IMG/VR virus record: IMGVR_UViG_3300045988_060960
Strand: one strand, 5' to 3'
Length of the DNA: 64,000 nt
Source: a virus
Shown in pieces: positions 1 through 10,625 of this stretch. The notes beneath the pieces were generated by a model that was not told the origin of the DNA, searched no databases, and was given only the letters and a program-made list of their open reading frames with translations. Positions within the stretch are counted from its first letter, which is position 1, and each line of letters starts with the position of its first letter. Position numbers and translations under genes: made by a program.

Positions 1-585
1 CTTGGTCAGGTTGCCGAACTGGGTGTAGTTGCCGGCCAGCGTGATGTTCTCCGGCATAATCACCTTGTCGGCATCCACATTACCGGTGATGCTCACCCAG
101 TCCTCGCCGTCGAAACGGTAGGCGGTCATCTCATAGGTGATGCTGTCCACCACAGTGACCACAGCAAACATATCTCCGGCCTTCGGGGTAATGTCGCTGT
201 GCTCAGTGAAGTACGCCTCGATGACCGAAGCGTCGGTCGCTTCAAGGTCGGTCTTGGTGCCGGTGTACACCGCACCGCCGCCCACGCCGTTGAGCGCCTC
301 AGCCAGATCATCGTCGGTTACGTAGCCGTCCAGACTGACGGTGGTATCGTCGAGCAGCTCGACCACACCATCAATCAGGGCGTACACGTCGTAATGGCCG
401 GTCTCATCGTTGTGGACGAGGTACAGCACGTTTTCCTCAGCCGTGCCAGCGTCAGGCACGGTATCGGACTTCTGGAAGCGGGCGTGGCCCGCTTTGGAAA
501 TCGCGGCGAGATATTCCGTCTTAATGCGGGTCGCCGTGTCCTTCAGGGCTTTTACGTTTACGACCTTGGTCTCGTCATAAGCCAT
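1..585 (-). CDS. Tail fibre-like protein, N-terminal 195 codons only (cut by window edge)
   Basis: Exact mirror of 56898..57482(+), the first 585 nt of the 480-aa ORF 56898..58340. Confidence 0.7.
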   Translation of the reverse strand, partial: MAYDETKVVNVKALKDTATRIKTEYLAAISKAGHARFQKSDTVPDAGTAEENVLYLVHNDETGHYDVYALIDGVVELLDDTTVSLDGYVTDDDLAEALNGVGGGAVYTGTKTDLEATDASVIEAYFTEHSDITPKAGDMFAVVTVVDSITYEMTAYRFDGEDWVSITGNVDADKVIMPENITLAGNYTQFGNLTK

Positions 586-606
586 ATTTCGGTCTCCTCC
601 TATTTC

Positions 607-1653
607 TTAGTTTTGCGGTTCGTTTTCCTCGGGCGGGAACACCTCGTCAAGCATCTGCTCCGTGTCGCCGGTGGTCACGATGGCCTCGTCGGGAAGGCCG
701 GAGCCTTCATACGAGAGTGTGCCATCGGGCGTGGTGGAGAATCCGTCGCCGAGTTTTACGCCGCCCAAGCGGTCCTTAGTTGCTACTGGCAATACATAGG
801 TGCCACCCCCTCCACTGATGCCGCCGTCGGCAGACAGCAACACGAGGGTAGCCGCCATGTCCTCCGTCGGCGCTTGCTGCACCCAGAACCGCACAGCGCC
901 GTCAAGCACACGGGAAGATGTGCTCATGCCGGCTGCCTTTGCGATATTCTGGGCGGCTTTATGCAACATGACCTGCGGAATCAAGCCCTCAACAGCCTCC
1001 TCAACGGGGAGGTCCAGATAAAGCTCTCCTTCCACAATGTCTTCTGCATCTTCCAAATCCGCGCTGCTGGCCCAGCCGGCGGCGGGAATCGTGATTTCGA
1101 CCTCGGCCACATCGCCACCGCCGCCCAGACTGCCGCCGTGGGCGTTGGGGTCTGAGTTGTGGTCGGCAATCATCTGCTGCACCTGAGAAACGGTGGCGAT
1201 GGCCTCCGGGTCGATGATCGCAGTGACGGCATCTACGTCACCAACTGCGGCGATGAGGTCAAACGTGGCGAGCTTGCCAACGATGGAGCTGGCAGGCCGA
1301 ATCCACTCCGGTTCGTTTTCAAGGGACAGATAGGTGAACGGGACTTCGCCCTCATCCGGGTCCTCGGCGAACAGCACGATGTTCGTCAGGTAGAAACCCG
1401 CCGCCACGTTGTCGCTTTTGATTTGCACCGTGACTTGGCACTCGCCGTCCACGGGATTGGTGACTGCGGCAATCATCGCATCCATGACGTAGCCAGCAGG
1501 CTCCATCATGGTCTTGGGCGTCAAACCCTCTGGAATCTGGCCGCTGCCTGCTGCCGCCCTCGTGTATTTCATCGAGCATCTACCCGCGAGGACTTTTCCA
1601 ATCAGGCTCACGCCGGTGAGGGAACCGTAGCTCCCGTCTTCAAACTTGGACAT
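607..1653 (-). CDS. Tail fibre protein (P2 gpH N-terminal-like); mirror copy
   Basis: Exact mirror of 55830..56876(+); identical 348-aa ORF in track. Confidence 0.7.
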   Translation of the reverse strand: MSKFEDGSYGSLTGVSLIGKVLAGRCSMKYTRAAAGSGQIPEGLTPKTMMEPAGYVMDAMIAAVTNPVDGECQVTVQIKSDNVAAGFYLTNIVLFAEDPDEGEVPFTYLSLENEPEWIRPASSIVGKLATFDLIAAVGDVDAVTAIIDPEAIATVSQVQQMIADHNSDPNAHGGSLGGGGDVAEVEITIPAAGWASSADLEDAEDIVEGELYLDLPVEEAVEGLIPQVMLHKAAQNIAKAAGMSTSSRVLDGAVRFWVQQAPTEDMAATLVLLSADGGISGGGGTYVLPVATKDRLGGVKLGDGFSTTPDGTLSYEGSGLPDEAIVTTGDTEQMLDEVFPPEENEPQN

Positions 1654-1668
1654 AATCGCTCCTCCTTC

Positions 1669-2511
1669 TTAATCAATTCTTTTGGCCTTGATTCGCGTGT
1701 GATAGACAGCCCCTCCTGCGCCGTCCTGGCGGCCTCTGTGCGCCCTCCTTTCTGGGGGCGGGGTAGATGTCACGGTAGGTGTCTGAACGGCTCCACGCAA
1801 GAGCTGGACGGGCATCTGGGCGGTTCTATCAGCACTGAACGGAGGAGGCTCGAATTTCGCCCCCGCAAACCCGCCGAAGTGGACGCCCAGCACGTCTGTG
1901 CTTTCTCTGTCTTGGCTCACCGGCACAGCGGACACATCGGCGTCCACAAACCCGCAGTGCAGCAAAGTCAGGTCATAGCGGTAGGTGCGGTAGGTGCGAA
2001 GATAAAGCCGCATCCCGACACCGGCCACCAGAATACGCTTGATGGCATAGGCTATCGGCTCGATCAGTTCCTCCCGATCGGGAGAAAGCAGAGCCATATC
2101 CACGTACAGAGCAATCTTGGCTGGGAATACATCATCCAGTTCAACATCGCTCTGCTCTACATCAAGCAGCATAGCTGCCGCCCGAATTACCGTATCTGTG
2201 TCGCCGCCCGAAAGCTGCGCCATGATTTTCACTTTGATTGCGAGGCGGTAAAACCTATCATCAGAGCTGACCCGCTTGACGCCAAAATTCGCGCCGTAGC
2301 GGTCAAGCACAGAGCCGCAGGCATAGTCGAGGTCATCCCACAGCTTTACCAGCGCAGCCTGCTCCTCGACAGTTTCGAGGCCCCACGCCAGAATCGAAAA
2401 TAGCTTTCCGATAACGGTTTCCAGCGGTAGGCCCAGCTTCACATTGTCGTAGTCTTTTCTGCTGTACGCACTGGTCAGCGCATACAGCATTTTGGAAAGG
2501 AACTTATTCAT
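1669..2511 (-). CDS. Baseplate wedge/tail protein, XkdU position; mirror copy
   Basis: Exact mirror of 54972..55814(+); identical 280-aa ORF. Confidence 0.6.
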   Translation of the reverse strand: MNKFLSKMLYALTSAYSRKDYDNVKLGLPLETVIGKLFSILAWGLETVEEQAALVKLWDDLDYACGSVLDRYGANFGVKRVSSDDRFYRLAIKVKIMAQLSGGDTDTVIRAAAMLLDVEQSDVELDDVFPAKIALYVDMALLSPDREELIEPIAYAIKRILVAGVGMRLYLRTYRTYRYDLTLLHCGFVDADVSAVPVSQDRESTDVLGVHFGGFAGAKFEPPPFSADRTAQMPVQLLRGAVQTPTVTSTPPPERRAHRGRQDGAGGAVYHTRIKAKRID

Positions 2512-3686
2512 GCGACCACCACCATGCTCTCATCCGTTACCGCTTTCTCGCGGGCGGCGATGGTGATGTTTTTCCAGCTAAAAGTCTCTCCGTCCGAGCT
2601 GATTTGCAGGTCGAAGTCTACGACACCTTGGACCTTGAAAACCTCGGTGGGCAGGGCCACGCACACGACGTTTTGGCCGATGTTCAGGCCGCCGCGCGTG
2701 TCGGAACCGATGTACTCGGTAAGCCGCTGCTTGATTTGCTCCACGCCGTCCAACGGAAAGGTGTTGTCAGTTTGGAGGTTGAACACCTTGATCCACACGT
2801 TCACCGGAGTGGGCCGGCTGAAGTTGATGGCCTTGATCCGCCCGGAGGCGTCCACGACCGGCACAGATACGTTTCCGTAGGTCTGGATGCCGGCACCTTT
2901 CCGGCGGTGGATAGTGGTGGCGATGGATTCATCCAGCCCTCCGTACACCACCAGCTCTATGGAATGGGGCGGCAAGCCGCTGGCGTTTATTTCGTCGGTA
3001 TCATTTTCCTCTCCGGTTACAGCTATGACGGCTTCTACGTTCTCGTAGATCGCCGCGATAATCGCGTCAATGTTGACGCCGCCGGCAAAATCCGTAGAGA
3101 TGTAATACCGGGCGCGGAACTCAGCATCAGTCTCTGTGTTCCGCCCGCCCTCGAACGGAGCAGCGTTTGACACGGCGGAGATACCGTTCTTCGGGTTGGT
3201 GATAACTGTAATCGTCCCCGCTTCTGTATTGCCATCGGGGCCAGCTACGACTGCGGAAGCCGGAAGCGTAATGCTCCCATCCAAAATCACGCCAGACTGA
3301 AGCGTTATATATTGCTGGCCCGCGATAGTCTCGGCAAGGTAGCCTTCCGGGACCTCCGCGCCTATCTCGCCTGTAAAGGTGAGGTAGCCCACGGCTTTCT
3401 GCGCCCCCAGCAGCCGCAGCCCAATCGCTCGACCGAGGTTGTACAGGCTGTGGCCGACTGCGGTATCAACGAACCGGCTATTGTAGACATCTTCTAGGGT
3501 CGAGAACAGGAGGTTGAGCATCCATGCAAAAATCCGCAGGAAGATACCGAGCGGAGAGCGCACGGTAAGGTTTGCTTTTGAACCGAACAGCTCTCTGGCC
3601 TTGTATTCGAGCGCGTCCAGTAGTTCAGCGTAAGTGGGGCGTCTAAAACCGGCGTCAGTCAAGCCCCAGTCCGTTGTTTTTGCCAT
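2508..3686 (-). CDS. Baseplate J-like protein (XkdT-like); mirror copy
   Basis: Exact mirror of 53797..54975(+); identical 392-aa ORF. Confidence 0.75.
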   Translation of the reverse strand: MAKTTDWGLTDAGFRRPTYAELLDALEYKARELFGSKANLTVRSPLGIFLRIFAWMLNLLFSTLEDVYNSRFVDTAVGHSLYNLGRAIGLRLLGAQKAVGYLTFTGEIGAEVPEGYLAETIAGQQYITLQSGVILDGSITLPASAVVAGPDGNTEAGTITVITNPKNGISAVSNAAPFEGGRNTETDAEFRARYYISTDFAGGVNIDAIIAAIYENVEAVIAVTGEENDTDEINASGLPPHSIELVVYGGLDESIATTIHRRKGAGIQTYGNVSVPVVDASGRIKAINFSRPTPVNVWIKVFNLQTDNTFPLDGVEQIKQRLTEYIGSDTRGGLNIGQNVVCVALPTEVFKVQGVVDFDLQISSDGETFSWKNITIAAREKAVTDESMVVVA

Positions 3687-4057
3687 TATGCTGTCACCTC
3701 CAATGTGATAGTTTCGCCGTTCACCAACGTAGCTGAGAAAGCCACGGAGACCTCTCTGCGCTCACAGGATACGGACATCGAATCAATGCGGGATACATCT
3801 GGCTCTTGGAAAATAGCCTCCCGCATGATCTCTTTGATCTCCTCCTCATCCACGTCGTTCTGATTTACACCGAGAATCCGTTCATAGTCCGTGCCGTGCG
3901 TTTCGTCGGCAAAGAACTCGGCTTTCCACGTCAGGAGAGCGTGACGGACATTTTGAACCGTAGTGTCCCGGTCAAAAATCTTCTGGAAGTGACCATCCTC
4001 GTCCAGAACAAGGTCTCGAGTTTCTGGGTCAATCAGCAGTGTCATGTTGTCTCCCAC
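3686..4057 (-). CDS. Small baseplate protein, XkdS position; mirror copy
   Basis: Exact mirror of 53426..53797(+). Confidence 0.55.
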   Translation of the reverse strand: MGDNMTLLIDPETRDLVLDEDGHFQKIFDRDTTVQNVRHALLTWKAEFFADETHGTDYERILGVNQNDVDEEEIKEIMREAIFQEPDVSRIDSMSVSCERREVSVAFSATLVNGETITLEVTA

Positions 4058-4070
4058 GTGAATCACCTCC

Positions 4071-4667
4071 CTACATAGGTTCACCGGTTACGCCGCCGGA
4101 ATCGCCAAGGTGTTTGTGGTGCGCCCCGCTGACGCGCTCCTCAGAAACGACGTCTTTTGAAGCTGTGATTTTCCCTTCCACATGGACGTCGCCCAAGATT
4201 TGCACCCCGGCCTTCGTGACTGCAACATAAACACTACCGTCGTCCGTTGCGAGAACGAGGCTCTCGCCGGGAAGACCCCGCACCGCGTAGTCACCCGCCA
4301 CGATTCCGCCGATGAAAACAGCGTCCGTGGTTGCGTGGTTTCGTTCGGTGAGCGGTTGAGCTTCTTTGCCTCCGCTCACCGTACTGTCCATATCGTGATC
4401 GAGATAGACCACCACTCCCACGTCGCCCGCTTTTATCCAAGGGCGTATGATAAACCCGCCGCTCCGAGTGCAAGCGACGGGTATGCTCAGAATGGGAGGT
4501 TGGCTTTCATACTTCCCGTTCTGCAAATGTTTCGACAGGGGCTGTACATCCACCGTCATCTTGGCTGGGTCGAATGACTTGACCGACACGACTGCCGCCA
4601 CGCAAATGGATTCAGCCAGCTTCCGGTCGTGAATTTGCTGGTAGTTATATGGCTTTACGTTTGCCAC
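4071..4667 (-). CDS. Baseplate central spike protein (gpV/Gp138-N-like); mirror copy
   Basis: Exact mirror of 52816..53412(+). Confidence 0.65.
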   Translation of the reverse strand: MANVKPYNYQQIHDRKLAESICVAAVVSVKSFDPAKMTVDVQPLSKHLQNGKYESQPPILSIPVACTRSGGFIIRPWIKAGDVGVVVYLDHDMDSTVSGGKEAQPLTERNHATTDAVFIGGIVAGDYAVRGLPGESLVLATDDGSVYVAVTKAGVQILGDVHVEGKITASKDVVSEERVSGAHHKHLGDSGGVTGEPM

Positions 4668-4679
4668 CGGCACACCTCC

Positions 4680-5522
4680 TCAGTACGGTCGCAGCTCCAT
4701 CGAAGTCTCCCAGTCACTTGTCCTGCCGCCGCTATGCTTGCCTTCCACGACAATAAAGCGGCCATTCAGGTCAGCAGACTGAATTTTGATGACCTCTGCG
4801 GTTGCCACACGATAGTTGAGCAGGCAGGAGCGGGAAATAGTGTCTTCCTCCCGGTCCTCCCCAGTTGTCTGCGAGTTCAGGTCGGTTTCAACGGGAATCT
4901 GAACCTTTTCCTCATCTGCTCTGAGCAGCCCGTTCGAGGGCGTCAAGGTCAATCCGTTGTCGATTCCGTCATCGGACTTGGTGATGTAGATTTGCCCCGT
5001 AGTCCGTATGATGAAACGGCTCTTGCACTCATTCACCACGATCTCCGTCAGAACCTGCTTCAGATTTCCCCGGCATACCCGCCCACGCGGATAACTCACG
5101 TCGGTGGTCAGCTCGCATTTTGAGACCTCGACGCCGAAGATGTTCAGCAGGTCTTTCACAATGGCTGACGCCTTAGAGTTCTGCACGTAGGTCTTGTTGA
5201 TGAGCTTGCCGAGGATTTCATCGGCACAAGGCTGTATCGTCAGCGTGGAGGTCCAGTCCACATTGGACTGCTTGTGCTTCAGGCCGACTACTTTCCCAAT
5301 CAGGATGCAGCCGACATCGCCTTCGTATCCCGCATTGAGGATGACGGGGTCCTTTTTCTTGATGCCGGCGCGAGTATTGGCGGAGAGGTTCGTCACCGTC
5401 ACCGTAGCCACCGGCGGCTCATCGCTGTCATCAAACGGGATGCTGAACTTGAAATCCAGATCCGCAAGTGAATATTTCTTGTTCCCGATAACCAGCGTGG
5501 CTTCCCGAATCCAAAACGCCAT
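4680..5522 (-). CDS. Baseplate hub/tail protein, XkdQ position; mirror copy
   Basis: Exact mirror of 51961..52803(+); identical 280-aa ORF. Confidence 0.55.
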   Translation of the reverse strand: MAFWIREATLVIGNKKYSLADLDFKFSIPFDDSDEPPVATVTVTNLSANTRAGIKKKDPVILNAGYEGDVGCILIGKVVGLKHKQSNVDWTSTLTIQPCADEILGKLINKTYVQNSKASAIVKDLLNIFGVEVSKCELTTDVSYPRGRVCRGNLKQVLTEIVVNECKSRFIIRTTGQIYITKSDDGIDNGLTLTPSNGLLRADEEKVQIPVETDLNSQTTGEDREEDTISRSCLLNYRVATAEVIKIQSADLNGRFIVVEGKHSGGRTSDWETSMELRPY

Positions 5523-5523
5523 A

Positions 5524-5880
5524 TCACTCCACCTTCCTTTCGTAGAGGTAGAGCTTGACTTCTTTTCCGAAGTTCTCCGGCGTTACCTCCGAGATTTCCT
5601 CGCCGGTTATGCAGACGGGGATGATGACAGGCAGCGGAAACCGCTCGTCTTCTACCACGTTGAACAGCGCCCTGCCGTAGCGAATAACCTCGCCAAATAC
5701 CAAAACGTCGCCGTTCAGGTCCAGCAGGTCAACGGTGAAGAACTTGCCGATCTCGTTGTACTTGACAGTGAACGTGTATGTCTTATCCGTCAGCTTGACA
5801 GAGAATGAGTACGGCACTTTCGACACATCAATGTTGATGTACTCAATGTCCTCGTTCAGGTCAATCAGTTGCAGCGCCAC
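5524..5880 (-). CDS. Hypothetical tail/baseplate protein; mirror copy
   Basis: Exact mirror of 51603..51959(+); identical 118-aa ORF. Confidence 0.6.
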   Translation of the reverse strand: MALQLIDLNEDIEYINIDVSKVPYSFSVKLTDKTYTFTVKYNEIGKFFTVDLLDLNGDVLVFGEVIRYGRALFNVVEDERFPLPVIIPVCITGEEISEVTPENFGKEVKLYLYERKVE

Positions 5881-5895
5881 ACTCTATCACCTCCG

Positions 5896-6492
5896 TCAGT
5901 TGGCTTCCAGACCGTCATAGCCGCCCGTGCTCCGCGTAAGCGGAGCCGAGCTGCTCGGCGTATCATAGGCTTCTCTGTACCGCTCTGCGCTTGCGGAGCT
6001 GACCGATTGCAGAGAAACCGTTGTCATTCCCACACTGGCTGTTTGCGCCAGCTGCTGGTTATCTGTTTTGCCGGCGTCCTGACTGGACATCAGCACTTCC
6101 GAATCCATCGGCACGAATTCAGAAGAAACCAGCCGTACTTGTTTCAGCGTGGCCGAGAAGGACGCGCCGTTTCTGTTCTTATAGCTGCGGTCAAATTTCA
6201 GACTGGTAAAGACGAGGTTTGCCATGCGGGTCACGCCGGTGTACGTGATGATATCCCGCGAATCCCGCATGGCTTTCAGTGCGTTGATCGCGCTGTCCCC
6301 GCCCACGATGGTGCCTGAAATAGTCAGCTGCCCCGCAGCGTTGTTCACGTGGTCGTTGATATCAGCCCCGCTCTCCACGGGGTTCGAGGTGACAGAGCTG
6401 CTGTAACTCTCACTCTCTTTCTCGACCACACCGTTCTCGAAAGGTACGAAACGAACTGTCCCGCCCTTTCTACCGGTGAGCGTATACGCCAT
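5896..6492 (-). CDS. Tail/baseplate protein, XkdP position; mirror copy
   Basis: Exact mirror of 50991..51587(+); identical 198-aa ORF. Confidence 0.6.
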   Translation of the reverse strand: MAYTLTGRKGGTVRFVPFENGVVEKESESYSSSVTSNPVESGADINDHVNNAAGQLTISGTIVGGDSAINALKAMRDSRDIITYTGVTRMANLVFTSLKFDRSYKNRNGASFSATLKQVRLVSSEFVPMDSEVLMSSQDAGKTDNQQLAQTASVGMTTVSLQSVSSASAERYREAYDTPSSSAPLTRSTGGYDGLEAN

Positions 6493-6506
6493 TCCGACAC
6501 CTCCTA

Positions 6507-9422
6507 TCAGAACGAATACTGGTTCTTCAAGGACATCTGCTGCAATTCCTCCTCGCGGAACTCGTCGTAAAGCTCACGAACAGTGTCACGCAGAGAATCA
6601 CGCATATTGTCCACGGTTTCCTCGGAAACTTCCCCATACACGTGAACTACGATGCTCGGGGAGAATACCGGAGCTGGACTGGCAGGGAAATCGCCATCAG
6701 GCGATACATCCCCTGGCGGCGGCCCTACTTTTGGCTTGTCCCCATCGTCATCCGATCCTTCGGTGTTAGGACCGTTTACCTCGTCCGCAGGCTTCTGATC
6801 CGCCAAAAAGCGAATAAGCTCAGGGCTTACCATGATGACTTGCATAGCCTGCCCACCGAGATCAACGGGGTTGAAATCTCCAACAACCGGATTGACCTTG
6901 TACGAAACATCCGAAACAGGAGGAGTGTTGACGTCGGCCACAACAGGCATCACGCTATACGACACGTCAGACGATACTTTTGTCGGCAAATCAAACTCGG
7001 TAGGAAGGGCATTCTCCATGTCTTTCTTGACACCGCCCATCGACTTATCGAAGCCTTCTCCAACACCGAGCGCCATGTTCTTACCAACTTGGTCGGCAAA
7101 AACAGTGGACGGGCTGTGGATGCCCAGAAGACCTTTGACACCATCAACGATGCCGCCAAAGAATCCGGCCACTTTGTCTTTAATCCAACCTGCCATCGCA
7201 GAAATACCGTTCCAGATACCCTGAACGATATTCTTGCCGATGTCCACGATACCACCCATCAAGGCGCTCATGCCGCTCACGATTGCAGAAATGATCTGCG
7301 GGAGCTGTGCCACCAGTTGAGGAATGGCCTGAATGATGCCGCTCGCCAGCTGAAGCAGAAGCTGCACACCGGTTTCAAGGATCAGCGGCATATTCTCTGC
7401 TATCGTCCCAGTAATCGAGGTGATGATGGATGGCAGCTGTTCCAGCAGAATGGGGATAGCCTGAATGATGCCAAACGCCAGATTGGTGAGAATCTGGATG
7501 CCCTGTTCCATGATGATCGGCATATTCTCCGTGAAGAAAGTGATGAGCGATTCAATGATGACCGGCAGCTGTTCCAACAGCAGAGGCACCGTGTCAACTA
7601 TACCCTGTACGAGATTCATAATGATCGCTGCGCCCTGTTCCAGAATCAGCGGCAGGCTCTCTGTGAGCGCCACAATGATGCCGTCGATGATAAGCGGGAG
7701 TTGCTCAATCAGCATCGGGAGAGCGGTCATAATACCCTCTGCCAGCCCGCTCAGGAGCTGCATACCCGCCTCTATGAGCATCGGGACATTCTCAATCAGA
7801 GATGTTGCCACGGACACGATAGCGTTTACGAACTCCGGTATGAGCGTCGGCAGCATTTGCCCGACCGATGTAATCAGGCTGTCCACCAACTGAATGGCGG
7901 CATCTGCGATGACCGGCACATTCTCTACAAGGGTCTGCGCAATCATCAACACCGCATCAACCGCAACCGGAGCCAGCTCAGGCAGCAGCCCGATCAGAGA
8001 GCTGAGCACCTCGTCGAAGATGCCGGCAGCCGCCTCCACAATGGGCGGAAGCAACCCGCTGATTGCAGGGACTGCCTGCCCCAGCGCCTCCGGGAGAGCA
8101 GCGGCAAGGTTTTCTACGACCGGCGTGACATTCTTCACGACATTTCCGAAGTTGGCCGTGACGTCGTTCACCAGCTTGCCAATGTCAGCATTTTCATTAC
8201 CGAGGCCGGCAAACAGGTTTTCCACGGCAGCTTTTGTGCTGGCCCATGAGCCGCTGATCGTCTCAGCGGCTTCTTTCGCGGTGGTGCCGGTAATGCCCAT
8301 CTCCGTCTGAATGACGTGGATGGCCTCGGTGATGTCCGCAAAGGAGTTGATGTCGAACTTCGTACCAGCCAACTTACCCGCATCATCCAGCAGTCGCTGC
8401 ATTTCGTCCTGAGTGCCACTGTAACCGAGCTTCAGGTTGTCCAACATGGTGTAGTTCTGCATGGAGAATCCGCGATAGGCGTTTTGAATATCCTCCAAGC
8501 TCGTACCCATTTTATTGGAGTTGTCGGCCATGTCTGTGATTGCCAGGTCAACCTGCTTAGCAGCCGCTGCGGTATCGCCGCCGAGGGAGCTTATCATACT
8601 CGCCGAGAAACTCGTAGCGAGATTCATGTAGTTATTCGCCGACATACCAGCGGTCTGGAAAGCGTTTGAAGCGTACTGCTGCACCGTACCAGACGCGCTC
8701 TTGAACAGCGTGTCTACACCGCCTACGAGCTGCTCATAGTCGGCATAGGCAGACACGACCTGTTTGCCGATGGCAATGGCCCCGGCCACCGCAGCGGCGC
8801 TCACGGCTCCGATTGCAGCACCGGCTCCTTTCAGAACACCGCCAAGCCTGCTGAACTTGTCGTTCGTAGAATCAGCAGCGGCGCCCAGCCCATCAACATC
8901 TCTGCGGGCGGCGCCCGCCGAATTTCCGAGATCATCTGTCTGGGTGGCTGCTTGTTGCGCACTTCTCGCCATATCAATCAGGCGAGACCTGGCGTTCTGT
9001 ACGGCGTTGCCAAAGCCGTCTCGGATGGTACTGATGGGGTGAGCAAACTTCGATCCGATACTGGCGATATTGGACGCCGTATTATTCGCAAAATCACGCA
9101 CCTTGCCAGTGACATAATCGAAAGCCCCGCCGACGCCCTGCCGCACAGACGATGAGAAGCTGTCTCCGCTGTCGATACCCCGGAGGAATGATGCGCGGAA
9201 CGCATTCCCGACAGAATTAGCCTGCGTCTGGACACCGCCGAGGCTGCTTGTTACACCTCGGATGCCTGATTCAGCGCCGGATGTGTCAGCGTCCACAGTG
9301 ATGCGGCTGCCGGCACCATTCAGTCCGCCAAGGCCGCTGGTCAGATTGCGAATACTGCTCTCTGCCCGCGAGGTATTGGCCTCGACATTTATGCTGTATG
9401 TTAAGCTGCGAGCCTCATCCAC
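6507..9422 (-). CDS. Tail tape measure protein; mirror copy
   Basis: Exact mirror of 48061..50976(+); identical 971-aa ORF. Confidence 0.85.
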   Translation of the reverse strand: MDEARSLTYSINVEANTSRAESSIRNLTSGLGGLNGAGSRITVDADTSGAESGIRGVTSSLGGVQTQANSVGNAFRASFLRGIDSGDSFSSSVRQGVGGAFDYVTGKVRDFANNTASNIASIGSKFAHPISTIRDGFGNAVQNARSRLIDMARSAQQAATQTDDLGNSAGAARRDVDGLGAAADSTNDKFSRLGGVLKGAGAAIGAVSAAAVAGAIAIGKQVVSAYADYEQLVGGVDTLFKSASGTVQQYASNAFQTAGMSANNYMNLATSFSASMISSLGGDTAAAAKQVDLAITDMADNSNKMGTSLEDIQNAYRGFSMQNYTMLDNLKLGYSGTQDEMQRLLDDAGKLAGTKFDINSFADITEAIHVIQTEMGITGTTAKEAAETISGSWASTKAAVENLFAGLGNENADIGKLVNDVTANFGNVVKNVTPVVENLAAALPEALGQAVPAISGLLPPIVEAAAGIFDEVLSSLIGLLPELAPVAVDAVLMIAQTLVENVPVIADAAIQLVDSLITSVGQMLPTLIPEFVNAIVSVATSLIENVPMLIEAGMQLLSGLAEGIMTALPMLIEQLPLIIDGIIVALTESLPLILEQGAAIIMNLVQGIVDTVPLLLEQLPVIIESLITFFTENMPIIMEQGIQILTNLAFGIIQAIPILLEQLPSIITSITGTIAENMPLILETGVQLLLQLASGIIQAIPQLVAQLPQIISAIVSGMSALMGGIVDIGKNIVQGIWNGISAMAGWIKDKVAGFFGGIVDGVKGLLGIHSPSTVFADQVGKNMALGVGEGFDKSMGGVKKDMENALPTEFDLPTKVSSDVSYSVMPVVADVNTPPVSDVSYKVNPVVGDFNPVDLGGQAMQVIMVSPELIRFLADQKPADEVNGPNTEGSDDDGDKPKVGPPPGDVSPDGDFPASPAPVFSPSIVVHVYGEVSEETVDNMRDSLRDTVRELYDEFREEELQQMSLKNQYSF

Positions 9423-9441
9423 ACATCATCCCTCCTTTCCA

Positions 9442-9675
9442 TCAGGATTTTTTATTCCACTCATTTTGCCACAGGAGGCGGGCCTGCTCAGCTTCTGTAA
9501 ACTCAAACAGATCCATTTCTTTCAGCTCTGTATAGCTGATTCCCCCCATGCAGAATGTCATCCGCCAAAAGCGTTCATTCCTGCGCGCTCGTTTCTCGGC
9601 GGCTTTAGGATTTTGCTCGCTCCGCAAGAAAGTTTTCGATCTCGCGTACCAGCTCACCCGGCGTTGCGAGATCAT
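9442..9675 (-). CDS. Overlapping +1-frame ORF downstream of tail assembly chaperone (possible frameshift extension); mirror copy
   Basis: Exact mirror of 47808..48041(+). Confidence 0.35.
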   Translation of the reverse strand: MISQRRVSWYARSKTFLRSEQNPKAAEKRARRNERFWRMTFCMGGISYTELKEMDLFEFTEAEQARLLWQNEWNKKS

Positions 9676-9886
9676 CCTGATCGTCGAAGTAACGGATTCC
9701 GCCCTTCGAGACTTCCACGGGCGCAGTTACGCAGCCCTTGATGAGTGCGTCCGCGTATTTCGCGGTATTCTTTCTTCCATTGGCGGGGTTGATGTAGAGG
9801 TCAGTCAGGTTCGAGTACCACGAAAAGGTGACACTCTGAAGCTGGTAATCCACGCCACCGACGGTGACTGTTTTAGTACGGGCCAT
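9605..9886 (-). CDS. Tail assembly chaperone (XkdN position); mirror copy
   Basis: Exact mirror of 47597..47878(+); identical 93-aa ORF. Confidence 0.6.
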   Translation of the reverse strand: MARTKTVTVGGVDYQLQSVTFSWYSNLTDLYINPANGRKNTAKYADALIKGCVTAPVEVSKGGIRYFDDQDDLATPGELVREIENFLAERAKS

Positions 9887-10213
9887 AGGTCAACACTCCT
9901 TCTGAAACATTCAGCCGTTTCGCGCGCGCGTACTATGCACGAATTAGGCGTATTAGAGAGAATAGGCGTATACGTGCTGCACACGAATACGCCTAAATAC
10001 TCTATTTTAGATATTATTAGGAATAAATGTTTCAATGTTTCAAAACGGTCAAAACCCCAGTAAATACGGGGATTTTGGGTGAAACATTGCCGATACATTG
10101 GCGAAACTTTGAAACATTCGGGGGCTGAAACATTGGGTTGAATTTCCCGCCTAAACTTCGACTTTCGTGTCTAATGTTAGACTTTAATTCAGATGTATCA
10201 CCCCAATGTTTCA
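9887..10213. repeat. Non-coding motif array (TGAAACATT/AATGTTTCA x7, 33-nt near-palindrome, (CG)5); mirror copy
   Basis: Exact mirror of 47270..47596; see that entry. Confidence 0.85.
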
Positions 10214-10606
10214 GTTTTGCAGCGTCAGATCCGGGATGATAAAGATGATGGAAACGTCCGCAGCTTCCTTCGCACGGGAGCGGTCGGGCAGCTTGGACAC
10301 CATCACATTCCGGGCAAAAATCACAGTGCCGTTGTCATTGGCATCCGTGACAGCCAGATTGCCCATTGTGTTCTGCTCGGCGCACCGCTCGATGAACGAG
10401 ATGTCCGGAGAATCGGGCTGAAGCGTGATGGTCAGCTTAGCAGCCTTGTTGGCGTTCAGGATGTAGGTCCCGTCGCCCTTCACGCCTTTCTTCAGCGTCA
10501 CGTTATCCTCGTCTCTTGCAAGGGTGAACAAGCTGTCACCGAACATACGGAGCTGATGATTGTTGAAGGTCACGTTTACCTTCTGGGGATCGTAGGTCTG
10601 TAACAT
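10211..10606 (-). CDS. Tail tube protein; mirror copy
   Basis: Exact mirror of 46877..47272(+); identical 131-aa ORF. Confidence 0.65.
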   Translation of the reverse strand: MLQTYDPQKVNVTFNNHQLRMFGDSLFTLARDEDNVTLKKGVKGDGTYILNANKAAKLTITLQPDSPDISFIERCAEQNTMGNLAVTDANDNGTVIFARNVMVSKLPDRSRAKEAADVSIIFIIPDLTLQN

Positions 10607-10625
10607 AGTTTCTCACACTCCTTCT